From positions 768,001-832,000 of the forward strand of contig CAWFSF010000006.1 of assembly GCA_963818475.1 (NCBI GenBank): a stretch of DNA of 64,000 nt, read 5' to 3'. This document shows, in pieces, positions 9,666 through 20,433 of this stretch. A program made the position numbers and the translations under genes. The notes below the pieces were generated by a model, which saw only the letters and a list, made by a program, of their open reading frames with translations, was not told the DNA's origin and ran no database searches. Every line of letters starts with the position of its first letter. Position 1 is the stretch's first letter. This DNA comes from Nitrospirota bacterium (GTDB lineage Bacteria > Nitrospirota > UBA9217).

Positions 9666-11090
9666 ATGACTGACTCCCCGGCGGCAAAACGTACGGCCGC
9701 AAAAAAAATAGCGCCTCAGAAAACCCCCATTCCGGAGCAGGATCCGCAGACACGCCGTTCCAACTTCGGCGAAGTATCTCTGGGATACACCCCTGAGCAG
9801 GCTAAACTTGAGGCGGGACGCTGTCTGAACTGCGCCAAGCCGACCTGCGTTTCCGGCTGCCCCGTCGGCGTGCCGATTCCGCGCTTCATTCAGGCGCTGA
9901 AAAGCGACAATATCAGTGCGGCCCTCGATATCATCAAAGAAGCGAACCTGCTTCCTGCGGTCTGCGGCCGCGTCTGCCCGCAGGAGAGCCAGTGCGAGCA
10001 GCGCTGCACCCTGGGCAAGAAGTTCGAACCCGTGGCCATCGGCAGGCTGGAGCGCTTCGCCGCGGACTGGATCATGCAAAGCGGCCTCACGGAAGTCCCG
10101 AAGATCGCTCCGTCAACCGGCAGGCGGGTGGCTATCGTGGGAAGCGGACCGGCCGGACTGGCCTGCGCTTTTGAACTTGCCAAGGCGGGCCACGCCGTCA
10201 CCATCTATGAGGCTTTTCATGAAGCGGGCGGCGTTCTCCTGTACGGCATCCCCGAGTTCAGGCTGCCGAAACGGATCGTTGCCGCAGAGATCGAGGTGCT
10301 CAGAACGATGGGAGTGCAGATCGTGGCGAACGCTGTGGTCGGCAGGCTCGTTTCCGTTGATGAGCTCCTCGCTGAGTTCGATGCCTGTTTCATTGCCACC
10401 GGAGCGGGGACGCCGAAGTTCATGTGCATCGAAGGCGAGAACCTCAATGGCGTCTATTCGGCCAACGAATTCCTTACCCGCATCAATTTCATGCGCTCGC
10501 ACTCCTTTCCCGATTACGATACCCCCATCAAGAAGGGACAGCACGTCGCTGTTGTCGGCGGCGGCAATGTGGCCATGGATTCCGTGCGAACGGCGCTTCG
10601 CCTGGGCGCCCGCGAAGGGATCATCGTCTACCGCCGGTCCGAGGAGGAGATGCCGGCCCGGCGTGAGGAGGTCCATCATGCACGGGAGGAAGGCGTGCGC
10701 TTCGAGCTCCTGACCGATATCGTCCGCATCATCGGCAGCGAAGGGTTCGTCACCGGGATCGAATGCGTCAGGATGGGTTTGGGAGAACCGGATGCCGGCG
10801 GCCGGAGAAAACCGGTCAAGATCAAAGGCTCCGAGTTCCGGATCCCCGTGGACATGGTCATCATGTCCATTGGAACCAATCCTAATCCCCTGGTCCCGCA
10901 GAGCACCAGGGACCTGGCGCTGACCACCTGGGGTTATATCGTTGCCGACGACAAAACCGGCGAAACAAGCCGTCCCGGATTGTATGCCGGCGGCGATATT
11001 GTTACGGGTTCGGCAACGGTTATCTCCGCCATGGGGGCCGGCAGACGGGCAGCCGGGGCCATTCATGACTATGTCATGAGGAAACAGTAA
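9666..11090 (+). CDS. gltA: NADPH-dependent glutamate synthase-like flavoprotein (NfnB/SudA-like); with the upstream gene, a probable electron-bifurcating transhydrogenase
   Basis: RCLNC..CVSGCP, CGRVCPQESQCE, GSGPAGL, YGIPEFRLPK, VVGGGNVAMD, YAGGDIVTG. Adjacent to the NfnA-like gene. Confidence 0.88.
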   Translation: MTDSPAAKRTAAKKIAPQKTPIPEQDPQTRRSNFGEVSLGYTPEQAKLEAGRCLNCAKPTCVSGCPVGVPIPRFIQALKSDNISAALDIIKEANLLPAVCGRVCPQESQCEQRCTLGKKFEPVAIGRLERFAADWIMQSGLTEVPKIAPSTGRRVAIVGSGPAGLACAFELAKAGHAVTIYEAFHEAGGVLLYGIPEFRLPKRIVAAEIEVLRTMGVQIVANAVVGRLVSVDELLAEFDACFIATGAGTPKFMCIEGENLNGVYSANEFLTRINFMRSHSFPDYDTPIKKGQHVAVVGGGNVAMDSVRTALRLGAREGIIVYRRSEEEMPARREEVHHAREEGVRFELLTDIVRIIGSEGFVTGIECVRMGLGEPDAGGRRKPVKIKGSEFRIPVDMVIMSIGTNPNPLVPQSTRDLALTTWGYIVADDKTGETSRPGLYAGGDIVTGSATVISAMGAGRRAAGAIHDYVMRKQ

Positions 11091-11139
11091 ACTCCTTGAC
11101 AGCCTATAGACGTTATGCTAAGTTAGCCGAACCTTTTAC

Positions 11140-12662
11140 TTGCCGCAGGAGGTAGCATTGGAACGACAAAAAGGAATTGTTGAAATTGTTGCGGAGAAGG
11201 TCTGGAAGTTCTTCTCGTCAGTGAAGCTGGCTGTCATTCTGCTCATTATCCTGGCGATCGTTTCGGTCATCGGCACGGTGATACAGCAGAACGAGTCTCC
11301 TGAAAAGTATCTGCAGGAATACAGCGAGACCACGGTCCAGCTGTTCGAAATGCTCGGTTTCTTCGATATGTATCACACGTGGTGGTTCGTGATCCTGCTG
11401 TTCCTGCTCACGGCAAATCTGACGGTCTGCACGCTCGAACGCTTGCCGCATACCTTAAAGATCATGACCGCGCCGCTGAAGCCGATCGATGACGAGGGAT
11501 TGAAGGTATTGCAGCTCAAGAAAGAGCTCACCGTGAAAGGCGGGATGGAAAAGGCCGAAGAGCGCGTTCTCAAGGTGTTCAAGGCCCACGGGTACCGGCC
11601 GCTCGAAACGCGGAGCGCCGGGCTCTTCCAGCTGGCGGCACAGAAGGGCGTCTACAGCAGGCTCGGCGTCTATGTCACGCACCTCAGCATTATCCTCATC
11701 TTTGTCGGCGCCTTGACCGGCGCATTCTTCGGGTTCAAGGCGTTCCTGAACCTTCCCGAGGGACAGGCTTCCGACAGTGGTCTATCTCAGGAACGAACCC
11801 ATGTGGGACCAGATCATGGCAGCTCTCGGCATCGCCAAAAGCCCGGTGATCTACAATCCCGACGGCGGGGTGCCTGCCATGCCGCTGGGGTACTATGTGC
11901 ATTGCAACAGCTTTGATGTGGACTACTACCAGGGTCCCCAGGGCCCCACGGGCATGCCTTCGGAATACCACAGCACGCTCAGCGTCTACAACCTGGACAG
12001 AGAAAAGGTCCTTGATAAGCGCATCCGGGTGAACGACCCGCTTACCTACCGGGGCATCACCTTTTACCAATCCAGCTACGGGCCGATACCCGAGGCTCCC
12101 GGCACGGTCCAGTTGAACATCCGACCCAAGAACAGCACGGCACGCAGGAGAGACCGTTTCCATTGAAATGGGTCAGGCAGTGTATGTGCCGTCCATCAAA
12201 AGGACCATCAAGGCGACCAGCTTTGCGCCCTTAGGCATGAGAAACCCGGCCACGGGAGAGGTGCAGTTCTACCACAGCAATAACGACGAGTATATCAATC
12301 CGACGGTGGAGCTCGAGGTCCTGAACAACAACCGGACGGTCTACAAAACCTATGTCATGAAAACGGACAATGGTGCGCCTTATATGCCTGAGGACTATAT
12401 CATCAGCTTTGTCCACTACTTCGGCACACGCTATACGGGGCTGCAGGTCACCAAGGATCCCGGCGTATGGGTCGTGTATACGGGATTCATCATGCTCTGC
12501 ATCGGGCCGCTCATCGCCTTCTTTGGCTCGCACCGGAAGCTCTGGGTGCGCGTTCAGGACCGGAAGGGACAGGCTGTCGTGACCATCGCCGGATCGGCGA
12601 ACAGGAACCGTCTTGGCTTCGAACGCGTGTTTAACCAGATCGTGGAAGAGATCTCAAAGTAG
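11140..12662 (+). CDS. resB: Cytochrome c biogenesis protein ResB/Ccs1 (two frameshifts)
   Basis: FFSSVKLAVILL..SVIGTVIQQ, DMYHTWWF, NLTVCT, G.YVTHLSIILI..G, IRVNDPL.Y.G..FYQSSY, TGLQVTKDPG. Confidence 0.9.
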
Positions 12663-12676
12663 CATCGGAGGGATAG

Positions 12677-13931
12677 ATGGAAAGCTCCTTACTCTTTAAT
12701 ATTGCAACGCTGGCATATCTCGTGGCGATGGTGCTCTATATCAGCTTTCTCGCCTTCAAAAAGGACGGGATCGGCCTGACCGCAACGATCGTCACCTGCT
12801 GCAGGTTTCATCGTGCAGACCATCGCCCTGTTCAGCCGGTGGTGGGAATCCTACCAGATGGGCGCGGACATCGGCAGGGTCCCGCTTTCCAATCTCTATG
12901 AATCGCTGGTATTCTTCACCTGGAGCACGGTACTGATCTATCTTATCGTGGAGTACAAGTATAAGGCCCGGGCCTTCGGCGCCTTCGTGATGCCGGTCGC
13001 GTTCCTCGCGCTTGCTTTCATCAATGTGGCGGGCATCAGCAGCGATATCACCCCGCTTGTCCCGGCGCTCAAGAGCAACTGGCTTTTTTATCATGTGCTC
13101 ATCAGCTTCCTCGGCTACGCGGCGTTCGGCGTTGCTTTTGCCGTCAGCATGGTTTATCTGCTGATGAATACCGATGAACGGGGCAAGACGGCAAACTTGT
13201 TCTACGGCATCGGGGCACTGATCATACTGGCCGTGGCCGGTTACATGCTCACGAGCCTGAGCGCACAGTGGAAAACAGCTTTCTGGCTTGGTCTTGGCGT
13301 GCTGGTCCTTGCATGGTTCATTTACCTCATCGTGAACGGTGCAAATAATAAATCGCAGGTATTCCTGTTCTGGGCGGGCTGTGTGACCCTGGCCGTTGTG
13401 CTGCTGCTCGCCATGGGTGTCGATTTCGTGTATCTGATCACCTTCAAGAACATGGCATCAGGCGAGTCTTTCAAAAAACACCTGTTCGAAGGCACCTTTG
13501 TCAGTCATTCGACACCGGTCGTGATCCTGAGCTGGGCTGCCACGGTAGGCTTTTTCTGGCTTATCTGGTCCCAGGGGATGAAGCTCAAGACCCTGCTTAA
13601 ATCGTACATGCCGAACCTGGACCTGCTCGATGATGTGACCTACCGCATGATCGCCATTGGCTGGCCGCTTTTGACCGGCGGCATCATTACCGGCGCGGTC
13701 TGGGCGAACAGCGCCTGGGGAACCTACTGGAGCTGGGACCCGAAAGAGACCTGGTCGCTCATCACCTGGTTCGTCTATGCCATTTATCTGCATGCGCGGT
13801 ATGTGCGCGGCTGGAAGGGGACACAGATGGCGGTAATATCGGCTGTCGGTTTCCTCGCCGTGATCTTCACCTACCTCGGCGTGAACCTGGTGCTTTCGGG
13901 GCTGCATTCCTACGGAGGCATGGGGGAATAA
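12677..13931 (+). CDS. ccsB: c-type cytochrome biogenesis protein CcsB/ResC (frameshift near 12800)
   Basis: PLSNLYESL, LVPALKSNWL.YHV, GAVWANSAWGTYWSWDPKETWSLITW (WWD domain), SGLHSY. Confidence 0.93.
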
Positions 13932-13961
13932 AATAATAATACTTTATCCCGGTCATTCATG

Positions 13962-14008
13962 GGGCCGTTGTTCACAGCATGGCTGTGAACAACGGCCCTT
14001 TTTATTTT
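13962..14008 (+). terminator. Rho-independent terminator after ccsB
   Basis: 17-bp perfect stem GGGCCGTTGTTCACAGC / GCTGTGAACAACGGCCC followed by TTTTTATTTT. Confidence 0.85.
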
Positions 14009-14113
14009 GTCCATATTTACAGGGCCTGATCGTTCCGCGTTTCCCCATTTGTTGATGGTGGTATAATTAATTATAAGCTCGGTATCCTGTATGCCACAAG
14101 AGGGAGGTGCCCT

Positions 14114-14500
14114 ATGAGAACGTTCGCATGCAAAAGTCTGGGAAATAACTGCACCTGGAAGCATATTGCTAAAACAGAAGAGCTCCTGGCCGATGTCGTG
14201 GCTCTCCATCTCAGAGAGGTTCACGGAATGAAGTCGCTGACGCCTGATCTGGTCGCCAAGATCAAGAACCTGTCGACGAACCCGGATCCGGTCGATATGG
14301 CGGCCGGGGAACAACTTGTGATGAAGGAGTTCAGGTGTCAGGACCTCGGAACTGCCTGTTCGTGGCGCTACGTTGCCCAGACCGAGGAATTGCTGGCAGA
14401 CGGCGTTGCCGTTCATGCACGGGAAGCACATGGCATTCGGGAGTTTACCCCTGAGCTTGTGGCTAAAGTGAAGATCTTGTCACACGAATGGCAAGGATAG
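14114..14500 (+). CDS. Tandem DUF1059-like small metal-binding domain protein
   Basis: Two repeats of F.C..LG..C.W...A.TEELL...VA.H.RE.HG, with a GGAGG RBS upstream. Confidence 0.8.
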   Translation: MRTFACKSLGNNCTWKHIAKTEELLADVVALHLREVHGMKSLTPDLVAKIKNLSTNPDPVDMAAGEQLVMKEFRCQDLGTACSWRYVAQTEELLADGVAVHAREAHGIREFTPELVAKVKILSHEWQG

Positions 14501-14603
14501 TGAGCGACAAGCGTGACGCCGTACTCTGTGGAGATGGGATTTTGTTCAGCATGACAGGAGTGAGTATTGACTCAGCGGTTTTCAGGATCGGAGACCGTGT
14601 ATC

Positions 14604-16163
14604 TTACCGCTTGAGCGTAATATCAACACGCTTGTCAATGGAATAGATCGGGTATGTCTTGAAGTCTTTTACCCAGGGTTGAATGACGTAATAATCCGCC
14701 CGGTGCCACATGAAGACCCAGGGTGCGTTCTGGACGATGCGGTCTTCAGCTTCCAGGTACAGTCGGAACCGCTTCGTATCACTGGTAGTTCGCTGGGCGG
14801 TTTCGATGATCCGGTCGAGGTCCTGGTCGATGAGGCGCGTTCGATTCCCGGAAGGGCCGACGCTTGATGAGTGGAACAACGGAAAAAGAAAGTTTTCGGG
14901 ATCAGGATAGTCGGCCCACCAGGAGAGCCAGAAAGCGTCCGGCTCTCCCTGGTTCACGGCATGTTTGAACGCACTCCAGTCAAGCTGGGTGATCTCCGCT
15001 TTAAGCCCCACCGCTGCAAGGTAGTTCTGTATCACTCCAACGATGTCCAACACTTCGGGATCTGCTGAAATAAAGATCCTGATCACCGCGCCGGTTGCTC
15101 CTGCCTGGCTGATAAGCGCTTTTGCCTTTTCCGGATCATAGGCGTACCCTCTGTCCAGGGAGGGCCGGATATTGTTCTTCCAGAGCCGCGGCGGTACAGG
15201 GCCGGTTGCCAGCACGCCGCGTTTTTCAAAGACCGTGTTCAGGATATGCCGGCGGTCGATGGCCATGTTCACTGCCTGGCGGACCCGCAGATCACTGAAG
15301 GGCGGCCGTGTGCAGTTCAGCCCCAGGTAGTAGCTGTTCAGCCCCGGGTTTCCGAAGACAAGGTCCCTCCAGGCAGGGTCGGTCGTAAAATGGCGGTATT
15401 CCGCCGAGGGGATCAGGAGCACGTCGAGCCTTCCGGTCTCGAACTCAAGCACCGCAGTGAGGTCTTCCGGGATCACGCGGTAGACGATGCCGTTCAGCTT
15501 CGATCTGCCGTCGTAGTAGTCTTCCCGGGCTTCAAGGATAAGGTCCTGACCGTGCTTCCATTCCCTGAGGACAAAGGGGCCGCTCCCTTGCGGGTGCGTC
15601 CCGAAGTCCTGGCCCAGGCGTTCAACCTCTTCGCTCGGCACGACATAGGCTGTTATCATGGCGAGCAGCGACAGAAAGGGGCCAAAGGGTTTTTCCAGCC
15701 TGAGCACCAGCGTATGGTCGTCCACGACCCGTATCCCCGAGACCGTTGCTGATTTTCCCGCGATGAAATCACCGGCGCCCTCGATCTTGTCGAGTACCCA
15801 GGTGAGCGGCGCTTTTGTTTTTGGGGTGAGCACGCGTTCAAAAGAATAGCGAAAGTCTTCCGCACGGACCGTTCTTCCGTTGCTGAACCGCACATCTTTT
15901 CTGAGATGGAAGGTGTAGGTCCGCTGGTCCTCCGAGAGGCTCCAGGAACGGGCGATGTCGGGTATGATCGTGAGGTTCTCGTCAAAGCGGACGAGCCCGT
16001 TAAAGAGCTTTGCCGCGATGCCGCCGCCCTGCACATCGGTAATCAGCGCCGGATCGAGGGTTGTGGGATTCGAGTTCAGGCGAAGATAGAGATGGTTGGG
16101 AAGCTTGCCTTCATCACGAGGCTGACAGCCGGCAATACAGACGGTCAGGAGGAGGGAAAGCAT
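14604..16163 (-). CDS. ABC transporter substrate-binding lipoprotein, family 5 (OppA/DppA); start uncertain
   Basis: Lipobox IAGC, PTTLDP, LFNGLV, PDIARSW, YTFHLRKDVRFSNG, GSGPF, PPFSDLRVRQAV..AIDR, W.ADYPDPENFL. Confidence 0.9.
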   Translation of the reverse strand: MLSLLLTVCIAGCQPRDEGKLPNHLYLRLNSNPTTLDPALITDVQGGGIAAKLFNGLVRFDENLTIIPDIARSWSLSEDQRTYTFHLRKDVRFSNGRTVRAEDFRYSFERVLTPKTKAPLTWVLDKIEGAGDFIAGKSATVSGIRVVDDHTLVLRLEKPFGPFLSLLAMITAYVVPSEEVERLGQDFGTHPQGSGPFVLREWKHGQDLILEAREDYYDGRSKLNGIVYRVIPEDLTAVLEFETGRLDVLLIPSAEYRHFTTDPAWRDLVFGNPGLNSYYLGLNCTRPPFSDLRVRQAVNMAIDRRHILNTVFEKRGVLATGPVPPRLWKNNIRPSLDRGYAYDPEKAKALISQAGATGAVIRIFISADPEVLDIVGVIQNYLAAVGLKAEITQLDWSAFKHAVNQGEPDAFWLSWWADYPDPENFLFPLFHSSSVGPSGNRTRLIDQDLDRIIETAQRTTSDTKRFRLYLEAEDRIVQNAPWVFMWHRADYYVIQPWVKDFKTYPIYSIDKRVDITLKR

Positions 16164-16197
16164 GAGCGGAGAAAATAGCGCGGTCGTTCGCCCGTTC

Positions 16198-16905
16198 CTA
16201 CTTTTTCGCGGCGACAATAAGTGCTTTAAATAGTTTCTTGGTGAAGCGGTCATGGTTCGTCTTTTCCGGGTGCCACTGCACGGCGATGAGAAAGTTCTTG
16301 CCACGGGACTCCAGTGCTTCGACCACACCGTCATGGGCTACCGCAGACAGCTTGAGGCTTCTGCCCGGGTTTTTCACGCTCTGGTGATGCGCGCTCCTGA
16401 CGCGCACGGTGTCTGCACCCATGATGCTGAACAGCCGGGTGCCTTCGATGATATCCGCCGGGTGGAAGACCTTTACACCGCTTTTCGCGGGTCCGTGCAT
16501 TTGTGCTTTCGGGACCTGCAGGAGCAGATCCTGATAGAGGGTGCCGCCCAGTGCTACATTGATGAGCTGCGTGCCGTGACAGATAGCGAGCACGGGTTTT
16601 TTCGCCGCGGCTGCGGCGGTGAACAGCTGGATCTCGAAGCGAGTGCGCTCATCAGGAGAGAACGTCATGCGTGCAGCCGGCAGCGGTTTTTCCTTGTAGA
16701 AGCGCGGATGAATGTCATCACCGCCGGTAAATACGAAGCCGTCCAGGTGCTTAACGATGTCGGGTATCGCTGATTCTACCCCCATGATCGGAACAGGAAT
16801 TCCACCGGCCAGCAGCACCGCTTTGCCGTAATCCTGATCGAGGATGTTCAGATTTCTCGTGGGCTGGACCTCGAGATTCATGGTGATGCCGATGAGCGGT
16901 TTCAT
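16198..16905 (-). CDS. Gamma-glutamyl-gamma-aminobutyrate hydrolase family (peptidase C26)
   Basis: KPLIGIT, FTGGDDIHP, AICHGTQLINVALGGTLYQD, SAHHQ, VQWHPE (class I GATase triad). Confidence 0.92.
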   Translation of the reverse strand: MKPLIGITMNLEVQPTRNLNILDQDYGKAVLLAGGIPVPIMGVESAIPDIVKHLDGFVFTGGDDIHPRFYKEKPLPAARMTFSPDERTRFEIQLFTAAAAAKKPVLAICHGTQLINVALGGTLYQDLLLQVPKAQMHGPAKSGVKVFHPADIIEGTRLFSIMGADTVRVRSAHHQSVKNPGRSLKLSAVAHDGVVEALESRGKNFLIAVQWHPEKTNHDRFTKKLFKALIVAAKK

Positions 16906-17080
16906 GGGCTGACCTCCAAAAAATGTGTTGGCAAATCAATTTATGTATACCACATTTTTAGAGGAATGTCACTTAAGTTTTTATTTTTCAATGACTTATG
17001 TAAAGCTACAGTTAGCTATATACCTGTTCTCTTAATTTTAAGCGTTCGAGGCCGCTATACCATCATCCTATAAACGGCAG

Positions 17081-17253
17081 TTGGCCGCAGATTTACGCAG
17101 ATTCACGCAGATAAAAAATCAGGCATTCAGGATTAAAGAAGTTTCACCCCTGGGGTGAGTCTTTTATCATGTTAATAGGATTTGTTTTGTAAGTTTTTAT
17201 CCGCGTTTATCCGATTTCGCTTAGAAGCGCCTACTTCTGGTATCTGCGGCCAA
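17081..17253. repeat. Nonamer-periodic inverted-repeat element (CGCAGAT family), copy 1
   Basis: TIR TTGGCCGCAGAT (17081-17092) / ATCTGCGGCCAA (17242-17253). The left arm has 3x CGCAGAT at 9-bp period. Homologous to 48825-48971. Confidence 0.8.
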
Positions 17254-17268
17254 ATGCTTTTTTCAGGA

Positions 17269-18192
17269 TCATTTCTTTATCAGCATCTCAAGAACGGCTT
17301 TCTGCGTATGCAGCCGGTTCTCAGCTTCATCGAACACGACTGACTGCGGTCCGTCGATCACGTCAGCAGCGATCTCTTCTCCCCGGTGCGCCGGCAGGCA
17401 GTGCATCACGATGGCGTCAGGCGAGGCGGCCTTCAGCAGCTTCCCGTCGATCTGGTAGCCCTGGAACGCTTTGACCCGCTTTGCATGCTCCGCTTCCTGC
17501 CCCATGCTTGCCCAGACGTCGGTGTAGAGGACATCGGCCTTCATGACCGCCTGGTAGGGATCGCTTGTTGTTTCGATGCATGAGCCGGTCTCCCTGGCCA
17601 CAGCCCGTGCCTCAGAGAGGATCGAGGGGTTCAGTTCGTATCCCTGCGGGCAGGCGATGGAAAAATGCATGCCGGTCTTGACGCACGCCTCAAGCAGCGA
17701 GTTGGCGACATTGTTCCCGTCGCCGATATAGGCAAGCTTGAGCCCCTTGAGGCCGCCTTTTTTCTCCTGGATCGTGAAGAGGTCTGCCAGGGCCTGGCAG
17801 GGGTGGTGCAGGTCGGTCAGGCCGTTGATCACCGGAATGGAGGCATGGAGCGCCAGTTCCTCGACCATTTCCTGGGCAAAGGTGCGGATCATGATGCCGT
17901 CAAGATAGCGCGAAAGCACGCGCGCCGTATCTGCCACGGGTTCGCCCCGGCCGATCTGCAGGTCGTTCGACGAGAGGAACAGGGCCTGGCCGCCGAGCTG
18001 GTACATGCCGACCTCGAAGGACACCCGTGTTCTTGTCGATGATTTTTCAAAGATCATGCCCAGAGATTTGTTGGCAAGGGGGTGGTGCACGATACCCTGC
18101 TTTTGCATCTGTTTGAGCGCTGCGGAGCGGTCGATAATGGCATTCACTTCATCCGGTGTCAGTTTCGATATGGTAAGCAGGTCTTTCTTCAT
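17269..18192 (-). CDS. argF: Ornithine carbamoyltransferase
   Basis: FEKSSTRTRVSFE, HPCQALAD, GDGNNV, YTDVWASMG, HCLPAHRGEE, EAENRLH. Confidence 0.97.
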   Translation of the reverse strand: MKKDLLTISKLTPDEVNAIIDRSAALKQMQKQGIVHHPLANKSLGMIFEKSSTRTRVSFEVGMYQLGGQALFLSSNDLQIGRGEPVADTARVLSRYLDGIMIRTFAQEMVEELALHASIPVINGLTDLHHPCQALADLFTIQEKKGGLKGLKLAYIGDGNNVANSLLEACVKTGMHFSIACPQGYELNPSILSEARAVARETGSCIETTSDPYQAVMKADVLYTDVWASMGQEAEHAKRVKAFQGYQIDGKLLKAASPDAIVMHCLPAHRGEEIAADVIDGPQSVVFDEAENRLHTQKAVLEMLIKK

Positions 18193-18312
18193 AGGTCTCC
18201 AATTCACTCCCTGGCCGATCTGCCGCAACCGGCTTCTCATTTACCGGGGGCATAAAAGTAAGAGGCGGCTCGTACCGCAGCCGCCTTGAGAAAAAAAGAG
18301 GTAACGCCGTTA

Positions 18313-19508
18313 TCAGCGTTTTGAGAATATCGTTGCCAGGGCATCGATCAGCTGATCGATCTCTTCAGTGGACACGATGAGCGGCGGCATGAAGCGCAGT
18401 ACGTTGTCCATGGTGCAGTTGATCAGGAGGCCTTCCTTGAGGCAGGCAGTAACGATATCCTTGCACTCGAAATCGAGCTCCATGCCGATCAGCAGACCCT
18501 TGCCCTCGCACATTCTTTACGAACCCGAATCGTTTTTTCAGGTTTTCCAGGCCCTCAAGGAAGTGCTGACCGTGCTGTTCAACGGCCGGAAGCAGGATGT
18601 TGTCCTCAAGGAGCGCGTCGAGCGAAGCTATCGCTGCTGCACAGGCGAGGGGATTGCCGCCGAAGGTCGAGCCGTGCGATCCCGGCGTGAAGGCCTGGGC
18701 GGCCTTGTCCGTGGCCAGCAGGGCGCCGATGGCCATGCCCGCGCCGAGCCCCTTGGCGAGCGCCGCAACATCGGGCGCGACACCCGTGTGCTCGTAGGCG
18801 AAGAGCTTCCCGGTCCGGCCCATGCCGGTCTGTACTTCATCGAGCATGAGCAGCAGGTTGTGCCGGTCGCAGATATCGCGCAGGGCTTTCAAGATATCCG
18901 GCTGCCGGCACGTTGACGCCGCCCTCACCCTGGATCGGTTCGACCAGGACAGCGCAGGTATGCTCGTTGACCGCCCGCTCGACAGCATCGGCGTCGTTAT
19001 AGGGCACATACCGGAAGCCGTCGACGAGCGGTTCAAAGGTCTTGTGAAATTTTTCCTGGGCCGTTGCGGCCAGTGCTCCCATCGTCCGGCCGTGGAACGA
19101 TCCGCGCATGGTGATGATCTCGAAACGGTTCAGGTGCAGCACCTCACGGCTGTAGCGCCGCGCCAGCTTGATGGCCGCCTCAATCGCTTCCGTTCCCGAA
19201 TTGCAGAAAAAGGCCTTGTCGCCGAAAGAGTTCTGGACGAGCATCTTGGCGAGGTTGATCTGCGGCTCATTATGGTAGTGGTTCGATACATGCATGAGCC
19301 GCTGGGCCTGCTTCTGGAGCGCGACGACGACGCGCGGATGGCAGTGGCCGAGGTTGTTCACGGCCACGCCGGATACGAAATCGAGGTACTCCCTGCCATC
19401 GGAGTCGTAAACCTTCATGCCCCGACCCTTGACGAGCACGAGCGGCTGCCTGCCGTAGGTGTTCATGATGTATTTCTGAGAGTCCGCTATGATGTCGCTC
19501 GTGATCAT
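18313..19508 (-). CDS. argD: Acetylornithine aminotransferase (two frameshifts, near 18900 and 18510)
   Basis: MNTYGR.PL, LGHCHP, FFCNSGTEA, SFHGRT, EPIQGEGG, DEVQTGMGRTG, AKGLG, HGSTFGGNPLA, LRFMPPL. Lies upstream of argF. Confidence 0.93.
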
Positions 19509-19569
19509 GATGGGCAAAAGTATCACAAGAAAGCTTAAAAATCAAATATAAAATGGGTATCTGTTGTTA

Positions 19570-19760
19570 TCAAGAACAGGGGGAAACGCGTGGCCGCAGC
19601 GGAATAGAATCCAGCGGACTCTTCCTCTTTGGATATTTTACGCGAAAATCGAGATAATATCTGAGCCACTTTCGGTAGTGAGGGCGAAGAATGAGGGGAA
19701 TTGCCCTATGTGCCATGACTGCGTCGAAGGGTCTTAAAATTCCGTTCGGGATAGGGAGCA
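19570..19760 (-). pseudogene. Truncated N-terminus of an integron-integrase-like tyrosine recombinase
   Basis: MLPIP..IL..FDAVM..RAIP..LRPHYRKWLRYYLDF..KY resembles the SAM-like N-terminal domain of integron integrases (recognised from memory). No catalytic domain follows. Divergent from a GTTRRRY site. Confidence 0.6.
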
Positions 19761-19854
19761 TAGGACACCAATCGCTGCACATTTTTTGATTCGAATAAGC
19801 CATGTAACCGGATTATTCTTATATAACGTTTTTCTGGAATAGTTAAGTCAAAAT

Positions 19855-19921
19855 TATCGTAAGTCGTTGACTTAACTTAAATTCAATGATAGAGTCCCGT
19901 TCATATAATCACTGGTTAGAT
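19855..19921 (+). mobile_element. Putative integron attI region with GTTRRRY core site
   Basis: AT-rich region upstream of the integrase remnant ending in GTTAGAT (19915-19921), 6 nt before the ATG of the next ORF. This is the typical attI/first-cassette layout. Confidence 0.5.
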
Positions 19922-19927
19922 TCCGCA

Positions 19928-20433
19928 ATGTTCTTATTCCGTTATCTATCACCTGAGTACGCTGACGCGTTCGTCAAAACGGCGAGGTCCTCTTCCTTAC
20001 CTTGTCGTACTTTCGCGACTACGAGGATGATGGCGTCCGAGCCGACGAATACGAAGGAACACTGGTTCATCTACCCAAACAGGGGTTGAAGACTCGCTTT
20101 GCTAAGACCGGCGAGGAAGATCTCGTTCCCTACACGTTCGAATCGTCCGCTCGCGAAGATGAAATATTTGTTTACTGCATGAGCGCAGAGTGTAGTTCGA
20201 TGCTCGCCTCTCGCTTCAAAGCCGAGGCTTGCGTCGAGATTTTCGACCTTCCGAGGTTTTTCTTTCACCTGCGAGCGGCCTTGACAAAATACCCGCAGGT
20301 CCAAGAATCGCAGTTGGTCTACGACACCGTAAAGTACTACGAGGTATACGAACCACCAATTGTCGCGAGCATCAGGATGAGAGGAATATCGCATGCGATA
20401 TGCTGTGGGGCAATTGTACTGAGATGCCGATAA
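19928..20433 (+). CDS. Hypothetical protein, probable first integron cassette (frameshift near 19980, possibly 3'-truncated)
   Basis: MFLFRYLSPEYADAFVK continues by frameshift into LSYFRDYEDDGVRAD.YEG..FVYCMS..ACVEI. No RBS or promoter space before the ATG. Confidence 0.55.

Noticed and set aside
16920-17045. Second attI-like or IHF site (TTTCAATGACTTA ... GTTAGCT)
   Set aside because: Only an imperfect short match in an AT-rich promoter, with no integrase or cassette adjacent.
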